This document shows positions 10,221 through 22,799 of a DNA stretch of 64,000 bases, one piece after another (within the stretch, counting starts at the first letter, position 1; each line of letters begins with the position of its first letter). The position numbers and the translations under genes are program-made. The DNA comes from Sphagnum compactum (taxonomy: Eukaryota). The stretch covers positions 11,708,213-11,772,212 of the forward strand of contig OZ234493.1 of assembly GCA_965153455.1 (NCBI GenBank), in the 5' to 3' direction. The notes under the pieces were generated by a model. That model saw only the letters and a list, made by a program, of their open reading frames with translations. It was not told where the DNA came from and searched no databases.

Positions 10221-13200
10221 AAAATAAAAATCTCGCTTTTTGGCTATATATGGGTCCCCCCCCCCCCCTTCTTCTCTCTTTTCATTGCAGCCTTTTTCTT
10301 GTTTGTGAAATTTTGCACAAATGTGAAAAATGAATATGTTTTTGTCTCATATTCCCTTTTTTTAATGGGAAAAAAAGATATCACCAATTTTCTTTTAATG
10401 CAATTGAATTTTGTGGGCCACATTAATTTCTGCTTAGATTTTGATTTGGGTAGAATTTCTTTTAGTAGTTAAAAAAATTGTTTAGACAAAGTTTTGTGGA
10501 ATCTGTTGCCATTTATAGCTAAATAATAATGTTCCACCAAGTTTACAACAATTCTTACTACTTCAGTTTTGCCAAAATGGGGAGAGATAATTAACCCAGA
10601 ATTTAGCTTTGGGGTCTTCTCCATTAAATCTATTGACTTTGTTGATGAACTTGTAAAATGTTATATGAAAAGTGAGGAAACTTTTTGTTCCCAAAGGGCA
10701 AAGGCATTTAAATAATTTCATTATGCATTTAGTCGATTTTTTTTGGGCACGGGGAGCCTTTGAAAATTTTAGTTGTTCTTTGTCATGGACGAATCAAACT
10801 CACTCATTACCCAAAAACTTTGAAAACACCCATGAACCCCCTTATTTATTAAATTCATAAATGAATAAGTATTTCAATAAATACCATTTACATACAAGAT
10901 AAAATAAGTCTTATTGTGGACCTTCATCATAAAATTTTCTAATAAAGTTCAACCTTAATGAATTTAAATAAATTTTTCTAATTATCCATTATAAATGACT
11001 TGAATATTTTAATGACTAGATATAATAATGGTCTAGATGAAAGTAAAAGATTAATTTATAAAATAAAATAAAATTCTTAGACTAGAGCATTTGTAAGGGT
11101 TGTGGTATAATGTTTGGACTTGGTACATAGTTTTTCCATTTTTTTTTTAAATGCCTAAATTATTGGGGAATATGAATTTAATAAGATCTCTTAATATTAA
11201 ACATTTTGGCTAGGAAATACAATTCTTAGGAATATTGTTTAGATTGGAAATCAAATGAAGAATTGTAATATTAACATATTACATTACAAGAGTGAAAAAT
11301 GATTAAAAATAATAAATTTTTTGAATAAGTTTGCAGTTTTTGCATAATAAATGCCAATTTTTTGGCCTGAAATTTTTTGACAAAAAATCCCATATGCATG
11401 AATATTGTAAACACTATCTTTATGCATTTCTCTATACGTCCAGAATAAAAGAAAAAATCAGAAGGTTATTAGACTCCAAGATTTCCATGTGAATGTTCTT
11501 TGGTCTTGCAAAACCTTTTCAAAATTACTATCAAGTTAGGGTATTATATAATTCTAGTACATCAAGGACCACAATAAAATTAATTACTTTCATCAAAGTG
11601 AAAAAATACATTTCACTTTATGTTACCAAGTCAAGTATGCTTGAAACATGAGATTTTGTAGCTACATGAAGAGGTTACCAAATTTGGTTAATTTCTTAAT
11701 TTATATTTAAAAATTCAGAAATGAGATCTAAAGCAGACTGGATTCCCTTAATTGCTTACAACCCTATATTTGCAAATGAATTTAGCATCATTACCCCCTT
11801 GTCAATTCTACTACCTACTTTCAAATCCCATTGGGAGAGTCCACCATAACTAGCATGCATGATATTATTAGTGATATAATTTACAAGTCTTAAATATGAT
11901 ATTTCATAAATGAATTAATTATAAATATATCACTGTGGATCCTTGTCCTACTCCATTAGAATGAGTTGCATGTAAATAAACTAACTCGAACAACATTCAA
12001 TTCATTTTAACCTTGGAGATTAATTCATTATATCCATACAATGTTAAACACAACAAAATTGAAGAAAAAACATCTTTTCCATTTCCTAAAACCACGAAGC
12101 TTTACAATGTTTTTCCCCTTTCCTTCCTCTCATAACTCTTATGCTTACTATATCTCCCTAATAGATCAGTAGGAGCATATAGATAATCACCATCTAAACC
12201 CCCTTCAAGTCAATCAAATTGTATTTTATACTCCCTGCAAAATGGTTATAACTGCTTAATTGTCTAGCAAATCGACTTGCCACAAATCAATTACACTATG
12301 TTGTCATAACGATATGCTGCCATATTGATTTGCCTATATATTGTCACATTGATTTGCCTACTCTATCATATTGTTTTGCCTATTCTGTCATCTCGACTTG
12401 TCTACACATGCTTTTTACTCATGTCAACTTGCATGTATGTTTACTGCTTTATATCCTTTTGCTAACAAATATGGGATACAACATGGTATCCTAATAATGA
12501 ATGGAACAAAATGCACATGGAAAAAGATAAATCTTAAATCCATAGGGTCTGAACCATGGAACTAAATGATGGTTAGATGAGATGGTGTATGTAGGATAAC
12601 CAATTAATTTGTGATGGTTACACAATATTTAAATATTCAGAATCAACATTTTTTTTGTGATGAATTTTTTCCAATTTTTTTAAAAATTCATATATTTCTT
12701 TTTTTATTTATAGAAATGCCAAAATTTGAAAAAGAATCCTAGAAAAGTTCCATGTTTGTACACATTATTCAAGCAAGTTGCTAGGATATAAAGGGATTTT
12801 TGTAAATTTCTACTTCATAGTTGGTCTATAACCAAACATGGCTAAATCTCCTTGTGGATGATCATTAGTAGTGTGGCAACATGACAAAATCGGAAAAACA
12901 AAAACATTGGTTATATTATAAAAAGTTGGATAATCTAAATAGGGGTGTTAAAAAATAATAATTATGTAGCAGTATTCAACAAACATTCCAAGGTACATTC
13001 AACATTAAATTGTCCAAACAATACAAAACATGGATTTTTTTTTCAAGTATTTTTAGTTGCCAATGTGGCTACACAGCTCATGTATGAAATAACATAGGTG
13101 GTTAAAATTTTATGTAAGGTGGAAGTGACATGGCAACTTTTGTTTTTGGTGAGTGGCCATGATGGCGAGTTGTAATTTGCCAGTGTTTACAAAGTGGCGA

Positions 13201-13869
13201 CAACAACTCAAAATCTGTTTGAACATATCGACAACACGTGCATCGCCACAAGTATGTATTTGGTGATCGGTGACTGCTAAAGGGGAAATGAACATGTATC
13301 CACCATTGCCATGGAGGTGTAAGAAAGAAAAGAAACACATTTTGAGTTCACAATCAAATGCATAGAGACATGTTTTACATGAGTGACAATTTCATGCAAC
13401 AAAGTTTCATAAAAGACCATAGGATTATTCAAATATCCTACAAAACACAAGAAACATACACATTTCTACAATCTCATGAGGAAGAAAATGGATTTGCTAG
13501 TTCTACATGACCCACACATATTTCACCCTATTTCACAAATTAGTTCAAAAATCTGACACATATTTTCATTGTGCAATTTAAGAAAATTGTGGAAAACACA
13601 TAGACAATGAACCAACTATGCTAACCATGTGTAGAAAATATTCTTCATAGTTAATCCATTTGAGCTGAGAAACCTACGCAACACCAAGTACCTTATAGAT
13701 TATTTCGGGAACAATAGGATTTTTCTTTGCAGCCTGTAAATCTACCAAAAAAACCTAGCAACTTCCAAAAGCAAGTTACATCGACGCATTTGCACATTAA
13801 TGGATTTTGCCTTGCAATTTGGCAATGGCTTGATCATAATGGAAACTTTGCAAAGTAAAAAACCATTGA

Positions 13870-16094
13870 CCAAAAAAATGGGTGTAGAGATCCAAGTGAA
13901 TGTTCAATCGATTCCACAACATATTTTTCATGAAGCTTATGGTGCTGAAAGTGTGCATTCGTCCTCCACTAAACAAAACACTTGGACAATAACAATTTCA
14001 ACAAGTTTCATGAATTTTGAGAGCTTATGGTTGAGGATGGGATTTGTAGTGATATTGTGCCAAAGTCTAATCACTTAATTCAAGCTACTTTCCTCCCACA
14101 AGACGGCCGTAAAGTTGTGCATCATAGTCACCTTGAAGTGGGATGACTACAAATTGAAGTTGTGAATTGAAAGTAATGCAAGTAATCCAATTCTCCCACT
14201 TTCATCTAGCTTGTGAAACACACAAAAAGTGGTCTCCAAGGCATTCATGTGAGAATAAAAAGTAGCTTCCACCTCGATAATATTTATGGTCTAGAATTGG
14301 AGGTAGATGACACCCAAAGTAGTCATCACCTCATGCTCTGGGAAACATTTTTCTAGTTCATACATTAACCCCCGGGCTGCTACTTCACATTCTTCTTTCA
14401 CTTTGCTCACAACCCATCTAAATGCCTCCTTGGTGACAGGTTGTGGACTTGCAGAACTATCCTCACCAGTGTAGTAGACATGGTACTTATGGTCAAAAAA
14501 CAAAAAGGCAAGGTAGACATCATCCTCACTAACCAATCCATTGGTAGGTTGTTGGTTAGGGTTTCAATGGCATTGAAGCCATCAAATGTTGGGTCTTCAA
14601 ACTTAGCATATGGGTCACATTAGAGCTATAAAGCTCTTGTTGGGCTACCTTCATAAAATCCACAAAGTTGCATACAAAAATGTCTATGTTTTGTGCAATT
14701 TTAATAAATGCATGCACACACTCGAACAAAGGAAGTATGTAGGACAACCCTAAAATGACATCCACATCACATAGAGAGTTCAAAATTTTCCCCGCTCCAT
14801 CACTTTTAGCACTTTTTGCATGCAATTAGAGGGTAAATATACCTATTTTACATGTGAGAGCATGGAAATCCACCAAGTTCTCATGTTACAAAACATTTTG
14901 TTGCCCTTGGTTTGCAACAAATCAACGAGCAAAATTCTTTGGGTTGTGAACAAAAAAGGCATACAAACTTTGTAGGAGTTCTAATTGATGCACTAGAAGC
15001 ACATTTGACAAAGTGACGATAATGAGGTTCGTCTTGTGAGCAAAACAATGAACCCCATTGACAAAAAATGCAACTTTCTCCTTGAATTGCAGGGTCAGCC
15101 TTTATTTATGGCCCTAGAACACACTCCTACTGTTGCATCCATTGTTGATTAACTTGCCAATAAGTTCATCCAACCCTAATCCACCGTACTCAACTAAACA
15201 CGTCAACATCAAAGAAAAGATGTTGTCAGATGTGGTTGACATATTCATTGTTTGTACACAAAGAATGATTGGAATCCTCTTCCATACTTGAACCACATAT
15301 AGGTGGATAGAGAACCATTGGGTATTATTGATTGTCATAACCTCATCAACAAAAACAACAATGAAAGAAACAACAACAAAAGTTTTGGTGGAATCCAAAA
15401 GAATGTCATACATAACTTTTGCCATCCCCCTAGCCACTCCAATCAGTCCAATGTTTCTTTGAAATAGACTTAACCTTTAAAAGTTGAAACAAATCTTTCA
15501 AATATTCAAAATTGGTCATGGGACATCCATGAGCAAGAATGTGAAAAACAATAACAAATTGCACTTATTTTTCATTATGCTCAGAAGTGACCTCAGCTTA
15601 GAAGCAGTCCAAGATAGACGAGTGGTCAGTAGCCGTATAAGCACATTTTTTTTCACATGCACAAAGTCCTTATTGAAATAAAATTGACCAACATTAACCC
15701 CATGCATGGATTCTTTTGCCTTGCAATGGTTTTAATGTTTCAATAAACTATTTAGCTTAGGGGCTAACAATTTTTTTTTCATTTCCACAAAGGTATAAAC
15801 CATGCAATGCACCTGGTTAACTTGGCCTTTTTCATCCAACATCGATTCTGTCCATGGTACTTGAGCAGTATAAGCATCTTATAATTTGCATGCTCCCTTG
15901 TACATCTTCCTTGTCTTCTTCTCTAGATTGTTTGTAGTTGAATCACATACAACCTTCTTCCCTCTATCATCACTAGCGCTATTAGATGGTAAAGATTCAA
16001 CGAGAGTCGATGGACCAACTCCATCAAAAAGGGGTGATGAAAGAAGGAATATTGGCTTGAATTTAAAGTTTTTTGAGATTTGTGGAGGGGCCAT
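13870..16094 (-). mobile_element. Decayed hAT-superfamily transposase
   Basis: Fragmented minus-strand frames: VDEVMTINNTQWFSIHLYVVQ (first catalytic D region), HCFAHKTNL (CxxH), NMRTWWISMLS (TRW-like) and C-terminal VEDE/TFSTISFMKNMLWNRL (dimerisation-domain-like). Many stops and frameshifts. Confidence 0.8.
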
Positions 16095-16169
16095 TTTGTA
16101 ACTAAATTCTAGATCATAAATTTAAAAAAACCCAAGCCCACTATGACTATAAATAATCACCAACTCCCC

Positions 16170-16720
16170 AATGCAATTATGAGTTTTGGATTAGAAAATT
16201 AAAATAACCCTAAACCCTAAGTGAATATCAGCCTTTACTGACTCCCAAATGCAATTTTAGGTTTTGGATAAAAAAATTAAATAAGTTTAAACCCTAAATG
16301 CATATCAAGAAGACCCAATTCCCAATTGCAATTATGGTTCTGGATCAAAAATTAAAAAAAACCTAAACCCTAGGTGAATATCAGAAAGTCCCGATTCCTA
16401 AACTTTGCATGTCTTGGTTTTGGATTTTAAAATTTTAAAAATTCAAACCCTTTATGAATATCAAGAATTCCAACTCCCAAATGCAATATTTGGTTCTAGA
16501 TTAGAACATTAAAAAAAACCCAAACCCTTTTTGAATATCAAGAACTCCTAACTTTTAATTTTTAAATGCAATGCTTGGTTCTGGATCAAATATTAAGAAA
16601 ACCCAAACCCCTTTTGAATATCAAGATTAAGAACTTAGAAGATTAAAAAACCTTTGACCTTTGAGCTTGAGGTTTGAACCCTAAATCACCACCCTTGCAA
16701 ATGTGGATTCTGGAATATGG
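16170..16720. repeat. Degenerate ~60-bp tandem array, probably subterminal to the hAT element
   Basis: Recurrent AAACCC...GAATATCAAG...CCCAAATGCAAT...GGTT(T/C)TGGAT units. Confidence 0.75.
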
Positions 16721-17482
16721 ATCAAAAAATAAAAAACCACCAGTATTGTTTCCCAAACCCTAAGATCAATCTCTTATGATGCAAAATCTTAAGTTCAATT
16801 TGGAAATTGAAAACATGATCATTTCAAAAAAAAAACCCTTGATTTTCAAACCCTAAATCATGATTCACAAGGGTTGCTTTGTTTCAAGATTGATTTGGAG
16901 AACAAACTTGAAGTTTGAACCTCAAAAGAATAATTCACCCTTCAAACTTAAAGTTTGAATGCTTACAAGTTGCAAAATTTAATGAATAATGTGCAATGTG
17001 TAATGAAAGAAATACCTCCAAGTTTTGATTTTGGAATTTGGATTTTGAACTTTTTTAGACTTTAATGGGCTAGCCATTTTGAGTTCCACTGTTGCTAATG
17101 CATTACAAATCCCATTGAGTTCTCATAATTCTAATGTTCGTACACCATCTCTCTTGCTCTAAACCACAAGCTCTCAAAAATTAGAATTCATAGATTTTGG
17201 AATTGTCGAAAAATCAAAATGGACAATAAAGAAAAGAATTGTTGTAGCGGGAATTCTTATGGTATTTTTGAATTTTACAAAATCATTAATAATATCACCC
17301 TCAAATTTTACAACATCATTAATTAATACTAATCTCGACCTAAATCTAATCTATTACCCTAAAAACATTTACTGTTAAAAGTGGTGTTGTCGATTTCTTG
17401 TTATGAGTGCATCATTAGTGCTCATAATGGAAATAGAAAACATGTAGCTAGTGAGGCAAAAGTGTGTTAGTGATGGCAATGC

Positions 17483-17620
17483 AAGTGGCGAAAAGGTGGC
17501 GGTTGTGGAAGAGAAAAAGGAAAATTAGGGTTTGAATGTAACAAAGTTGTGGCGAAAGGGTGGTGGTTGTGGAAGAGAAAAAGGAAAATTAGGGTTTGAA
17601 GGTAGCAAGGTTGTGGCGAT
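17483..17620. repeat. ~63-bp tandem duplication
   Basis: GGTGG(C/T)GGTTGTGGAAGAGAAAAAGGAAAATTAGGGTTTGAA occurs twice. Confidence 0.8.
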
Positions 17621-20600
17621 CTTGCCACTTGGTGGCCATCGCTTTAGGCAAAATTTCAAGATTTAGAGCCCACATTTTAAAGCAGGCATGTTGTAGGGCC
17701 CCCATTTTTGTGTCGCCTTTTGGTGATTTTTCGCGAAAAAAAAAAATGTTAGTACAAAAGTGGCAAAAAACTATCCCAAAAATAAAAAGATAGCCAAAAC
17801 ATGACAACATTTCCTCCAAAAAAAGAAACACGAGTTTTTGACAATTTTCTTTTCATAAATGAAAAAATCTAAAATAGAATATTCTTTGTATATTGCAAAA
17901 AATATATATTAAAGAACTATATGCATGATTCTTATTATTTTGTGGACATTTACCAACCCTTTTTACCAATGGAAAACTAACAAGTGTGACATGATGGTCT
18001 TCAATACCACCTTCCTATCCTATTGCATATATTATCCAAAGGCTACATATTGAGGGGGATCTGGTCATGCCCTCACATTCATATCTACAAAAATATTTCT
18101 AATAACTTATAAGGTAAGGAGAATTTTCTTCTCCATCAAGTTATGTACATAATCATAGAATTTGTAAGTGTTGTAGTACCTTTTCAAGTTTGGTGACAAG
18201 TAAAGTATTTTTTGGAATAATCAATTTAAAAAATAATTATTTCTTTGAAATGTCAAAATTTAAAGAAATTATTAGAGAGAGAAAAATACAAAAATTGATG
18301 GAAACTTAGGAGCTCCTTGCTTCAAGCTAGTGCACCATTGCAAAACAAGTAATTAATAATGGACAACATTTTTCTATCCTATAATTTGGTGGAATGTTAT
18401 GTCACCTTATTTTTGCCAAAAAAAAAAGGGAATAATAATTGTTATAAATGATGAAACCTTGCAAATCATAAATAAACCAAAGCACCAAAAAAAAAGGGGG
18501 GGAATGCAAGGAACAAAATGGAAAGACCCATGTCCAAGAAGCCAAAAAATCACCTGAGAAGGTGAACCACAAGGGGAACATCAAGTTCCCAAACCCCCTC
18601 TTGACGCAAGATGCATATCAAATAAAGAAAAGGGAGGACCTCATAAAAGGAGGTAAAAGCTCTCATTATGTTAAAGGTGCCAAAGAAGCTGCCTGTAAAT
18701 TATTGTCAAATTTTCATAAATTATTATTTTTATTATTTTATTATTGAAGTGGACTCTAAAAAGCTAAAATAATTATTTGACACCTGGATGCCAAACCTAA
18801 AAGGTAGGTACCATGGTATGTTCTTATACCAACCAAGCAAGTGGAAAATTCATTCAGTGACAAAGCCATAGTTGATGGTGCAAAGTACGTACTGAGAAGA
18901 AGTGCAAAGAGGTTCAGGCCTCCCATTTGTGTTGTGCAGTTGTGCTTTATGTTGAGTAATGCCCGTGCTCAGCTTCTGTGTCGTGCAAGGCCCTTCTTCA
19001 GTTCATCCCCCTGAGCTTGGTGCCTTACCTACCTCATAATATCCTTGTACATGGGCCCTCCCACTGTATGTATGATGCGTGCATGGACTATACCACCTCC
19101 CCTCATTATTTTGTGTTGCTTTTTGAGGTGTTTAAAGGAACCTCCTCCGCTAGTCTCACAGGCTAAATCATAAACACAATATAAAAATTTAGGTGCTAAA
19201 TTGTATTCTTGGGACAAAAAGGACTCTTTACAGAAGGCTACAGATTTGATCTCCCATGCCCTAACATTTAAAGAAGTTTGAACTTGTAGATGTTGAAACT
19301 TGAATCTCTATAATCTTGTTATACATAGACTTGCAATTGTGAATTAGTTTGTGTTAGGTAGTGTGTTTAGTGTTTGTTCACTTGGCATTATTTTAGTCAT
19401 TCATAAAATGGTGGAACCTCAAGCTAGCGTTAACTACCTTCCATTATTATATCAATTTGTTTTGCTTTAATAAGCCGCATTGCACTTAAATGATTGTCAT
19501 CATCACAAAACAAAAACCTATGGATCAATAATACACAAAAAGACTGAACTAAAGACCTCATTAGTTGAAATGAATTTATACCATGCACAATCAGCATGAT
19601 GATGACAATGATCAATGATTTTTTCACCAACCTTGAACCAAGGGATTGAAAAATATTTATGTACAGAGATGCCTTATTTTAAGACTTATTTTAAGAAATA
19701 AAGCATATTATAAATAATACCCTACTACCTTGGCAGTTTCAACACTAGTTATCTTATTTTCAAAAATATTGAAAATTTCAAAATTAATTAATTATTTGAC
19801 AAATAAGTGTCAAAGTTGTCAAGGAACTACGATACCAACTACCAATGTGGTGGAGGGAATTGAGCCTTGATTGGAGAGAGAGAGCGACTCTAGAGATCTC
19901 TTGGAATATGGAATGTGAGTTAAAGAGGCTATTAAACTTAGCTGTTAGAGCATCTCCACCCCAAACCTGTAAACAACAACTTTATTTTAAAATAGAATAG
20001 TGTTTAATGATCACTGTCCTCACCCACAAACGTCATTCCCTTGAAACACTCAAAGATCATTTATGTCTTTACATCTGGACGAGTTATAGTCCCTGTCCAA
20101 ATCCATATAGTAGAAAAAAGATTTTAAAGGGGTTAAAACGACCGCTGCAAATGGACATCAATACAGGAGCGCAGCAGGATGTAGGCTATCCTGCTGCAAG
20201 ATTTAATGAAAAGGGGTGTTTGCAGGTGTGGGGTGGAGATATTCTTATGCTTTATTTGTTTATTCTGGAACTCAATGCCCCAACTGCAGCAACTTCTCAT
20301 GAGTTTTAGTGCAAAACACATAGAAAGAGAGCTACATGAAGGTGGATGTTAAAACTTTAAGTTGCATGAATGAACACTTGCCAATCCACCTTAAGATGAT
20401 TGCAGAAATGCAAACCCAAAAAAGATTCAATGTCCCAATTACAGCGGCTTCTGAATTCTAAAATACTACCAATGCAGAAAATATATAAATTAAAATCTCC
20501 AAATTAAAAATATTAAATAAAAATGTCCCAAATACACAACTGCTAACGAGTTCACTTGCAAGGTTACCTATATTAGACACAGAGATATAGGGACTGGAGG

Positions 20601-20839
20601 AGATATAGTTGGAGAAGAAACGATTTGCATAAGATAAATCGACTCTTTCAAATCTACCTTTAATTTTTTTTAAAAACATGAATAATATGTATGAAATCCA
20701 CCCAAAAAAAAAATGGAAAAAAAAAGCAAATGAATCTGTAGTATGCACCTAGCCTAATATGAATTTCATTTCCTTTGAAAATCGCAAAAACTGTACACCA
20801 ACAATTTTAAGCAAGACGGTTTGTGTTTATCTCCGTAGA

Positions 20840-21330
20840 CGTCGATGTTCGTCCTTTCCTGGCGTGCATGACAAGCGCACCTGGCGCCGCGCTCCAACCA
20901 TCAACCAAAGTACTCCTCAAACGGCACTATCTTCATGCAGCTGGCGCCTCGCTCCACCAACCAAAGTACTCGCTTAAACGGTGCAATCTTCATGTCGCAT
21001 TCGCTCCACACATCATGGGCGTCGATGTCCATCCTTTCTTTTCCTCGCATGCACATAACAATACAAACAAGTAGGCGCCCCCACCGCGCTCCAACCAACA
21101 ACCAAAGTACTCCTCAAACGGCCCTATCTTCATGCAGCTGGCGCCTCGCTCCACCAACCATAAGTACTCCCTTAAACGGTGCAATCTTCATGTTGCATTC
21201 GCTCTTCACATCATGGGCGTCGGAGTCCATTGTTTCTATCCTCGCATGCATATGACAAGCAGCTCACGCCACCTGCGCGCTCCACCGGCCATCAACGAAG
21301 TACTCCTTCAACGGCCCTATTCATGATGCA
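20840..21330. repeat. GC-rich higher-order tandem repeat (~195-bp unit, ~2.5 copies, with a ~55-bp internal subrepeat)
   Basis: GCTCCAACCA.CAACCAAAGTACTCCTCAAACGG...ATCTTCATGCAGCTGGCGCCTCGCTCCACCAACC repeated. Confidence 0.85.
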
Positions 21331-21538
21331 TTGTCCTCTCTTGGCATCGTGGGGCTGGAACCTATTCATCTCTCTTCAGCTGGAAGGGTTTCACCAAAAT
21401 CTATGTGAAGTGCTTCATCCTCGAACCCATTTGCGACTATATATACGTATGGTTACATTGTGAATATGCGTGCATCTTGAAGTATGGAGTAGTAGTAGTA
21501 GTGTTCAATGGTAGGTGCTTCAACAAGCGATATGAAGT

Positions 21539-21650
21539 GTGCATTAGTGTGTTGTTCTAGTGATCTTTGTAAGTAACTTTGGAGGGGGTTTGATGTGTGC
21601 ACTAGTGTGTCGTTCTACTGATCTTTGTAAGTAAGTTCGGAGGGGGTTTT
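21539..21650. repeat. ~58-bp tandem duplication
   Basis: GCA(T/C)TAGTGTGT(T/C)GTTCTA(G/C)TGATCTTTGTAAGTAA...GGAGGGGGTTT occurs twice. Confidence 0.8.
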
Positions 21651-22143
21651 TGGTTTGGATGCAAGGGTACTGGATTTAGGTAGGTGCTGGCGGTTGGAAT
21701 GCCCTTACAAATCTTGACTTCCTCCTGCAGCTTGTGGAAACCGGCAGTAGTCTCAAGATCGATATCTGGTACATCAAAGGCAGTTTGTTGGGACTTGAAA
21801 ACTAATGAACTATGACAGGAATCTGCTGGATCAGTTTCAAGATCTCTTTGGGACTTTGAAAGTTTATGGTTCATCGGCTAATTCCATGATGTTCAGCTTT
21901 TACTTTGATGTCTTCTCATTCTGTGGCGTGGTATTTTTTTCAACTCTGTTGCTTGTGGTTTTTACTTTGTAATTTACATATATACATGATCCTGTTGCCT
22001 TTTTTTCAAGAGCTATCATTTGTCTTGTTTGAGGTTAGTATGTTGATCATACATGAAACCCTGTCTAGATCCAAGCAAGCAAGCGTTACAACCCATTAGA
22101 ATTTTAGACAGATACTAAGATCCTCTTTGCAGTTTAACTGCAG

Positions 22144-22582
22144 GGCGACCAAGACCGCGTCCTGGACAAGGAATGGTATTAAGTGGGGCGTCCAGGACAG
22201 GAGATCTGATTAAGTGGCGCATCCAATTCAGGAGATGGGATTAGTTGACCCTTCCAGGGCAGGGGATGGGATTAAGAGATGTGTGAGTGTGTGAGGGCTG
22301 TTGAAATCACATGCTATAAGGGCGCTTGCAGCCTGCACTCGTAAGACCCAGCCATGCTAATACTCTATGAAGAGCACATTGAGATGCATATCTAAATTTA
22401 AAAATTTTATTTGATTTACATTTGGATCCCAATGTGCTCTTTTTAGAATATGTGCATGATTATGTGTTATGAGTGCTGCTGCTTCCTGATATAGAATGTG
22501 GCTTCAGCATGTGATTTAAGCCGCTGCTTAATCCGCCACTTAATCCCATCCCCTATCCTGGACGTGGTCCTGGGTGCCCTCC
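22144..22582. mobile_element. MITE (~440 bp) with ~45-bp imperfect TIRs and 9-bp TSD TAACTGCAG (Mutator-like)
   Basis: TAACTGCAG at 22135-22143 and 22583-22591. Left end GGCGACCAAGACCGCGTCCTGGACAAGGAATGGTATTAAGTGG; reverse complement of right end GGCACCCAGGACCACGTCCAGGATAGGGGATGGGATTAAGTGG. Confidence 0.8.
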
Positions 22583-22758
22583 TAACTGCAGCAAACCTCG
22601 GTGACAAGTTCCACCCAATCAAAGTCGAAGAAGAAAATGTATGTGGGAACTCTCACCTGGTGGGTAATTTCTTCTGAGCTCACACCATTTTCTAAAATTC
22701 ATTGATGATTTATAGCTAAAAAAATAAAATGTTTATGTATATATATAATTATTCCAAC

Positions 22759-22799
22759 GTTTACATATGATCAGTACTCTCCACTGATCATATGTAAAC
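22759..22799. other. Perfect 17-bp stem, 7-nt loop hairpin
   Basis: GTTTACATATGATCAGT-ACTCTCC-ACTGATCATATGTAAAC. Confidence 0.85.

Noticed and set aside
18960-19025. ATCCCCCTGAGCTT resembling a miR390/TAS3 target site
   Set aside because: It needs a gap, there is no second site, and no tasiARF-like sequence is visible nearby.
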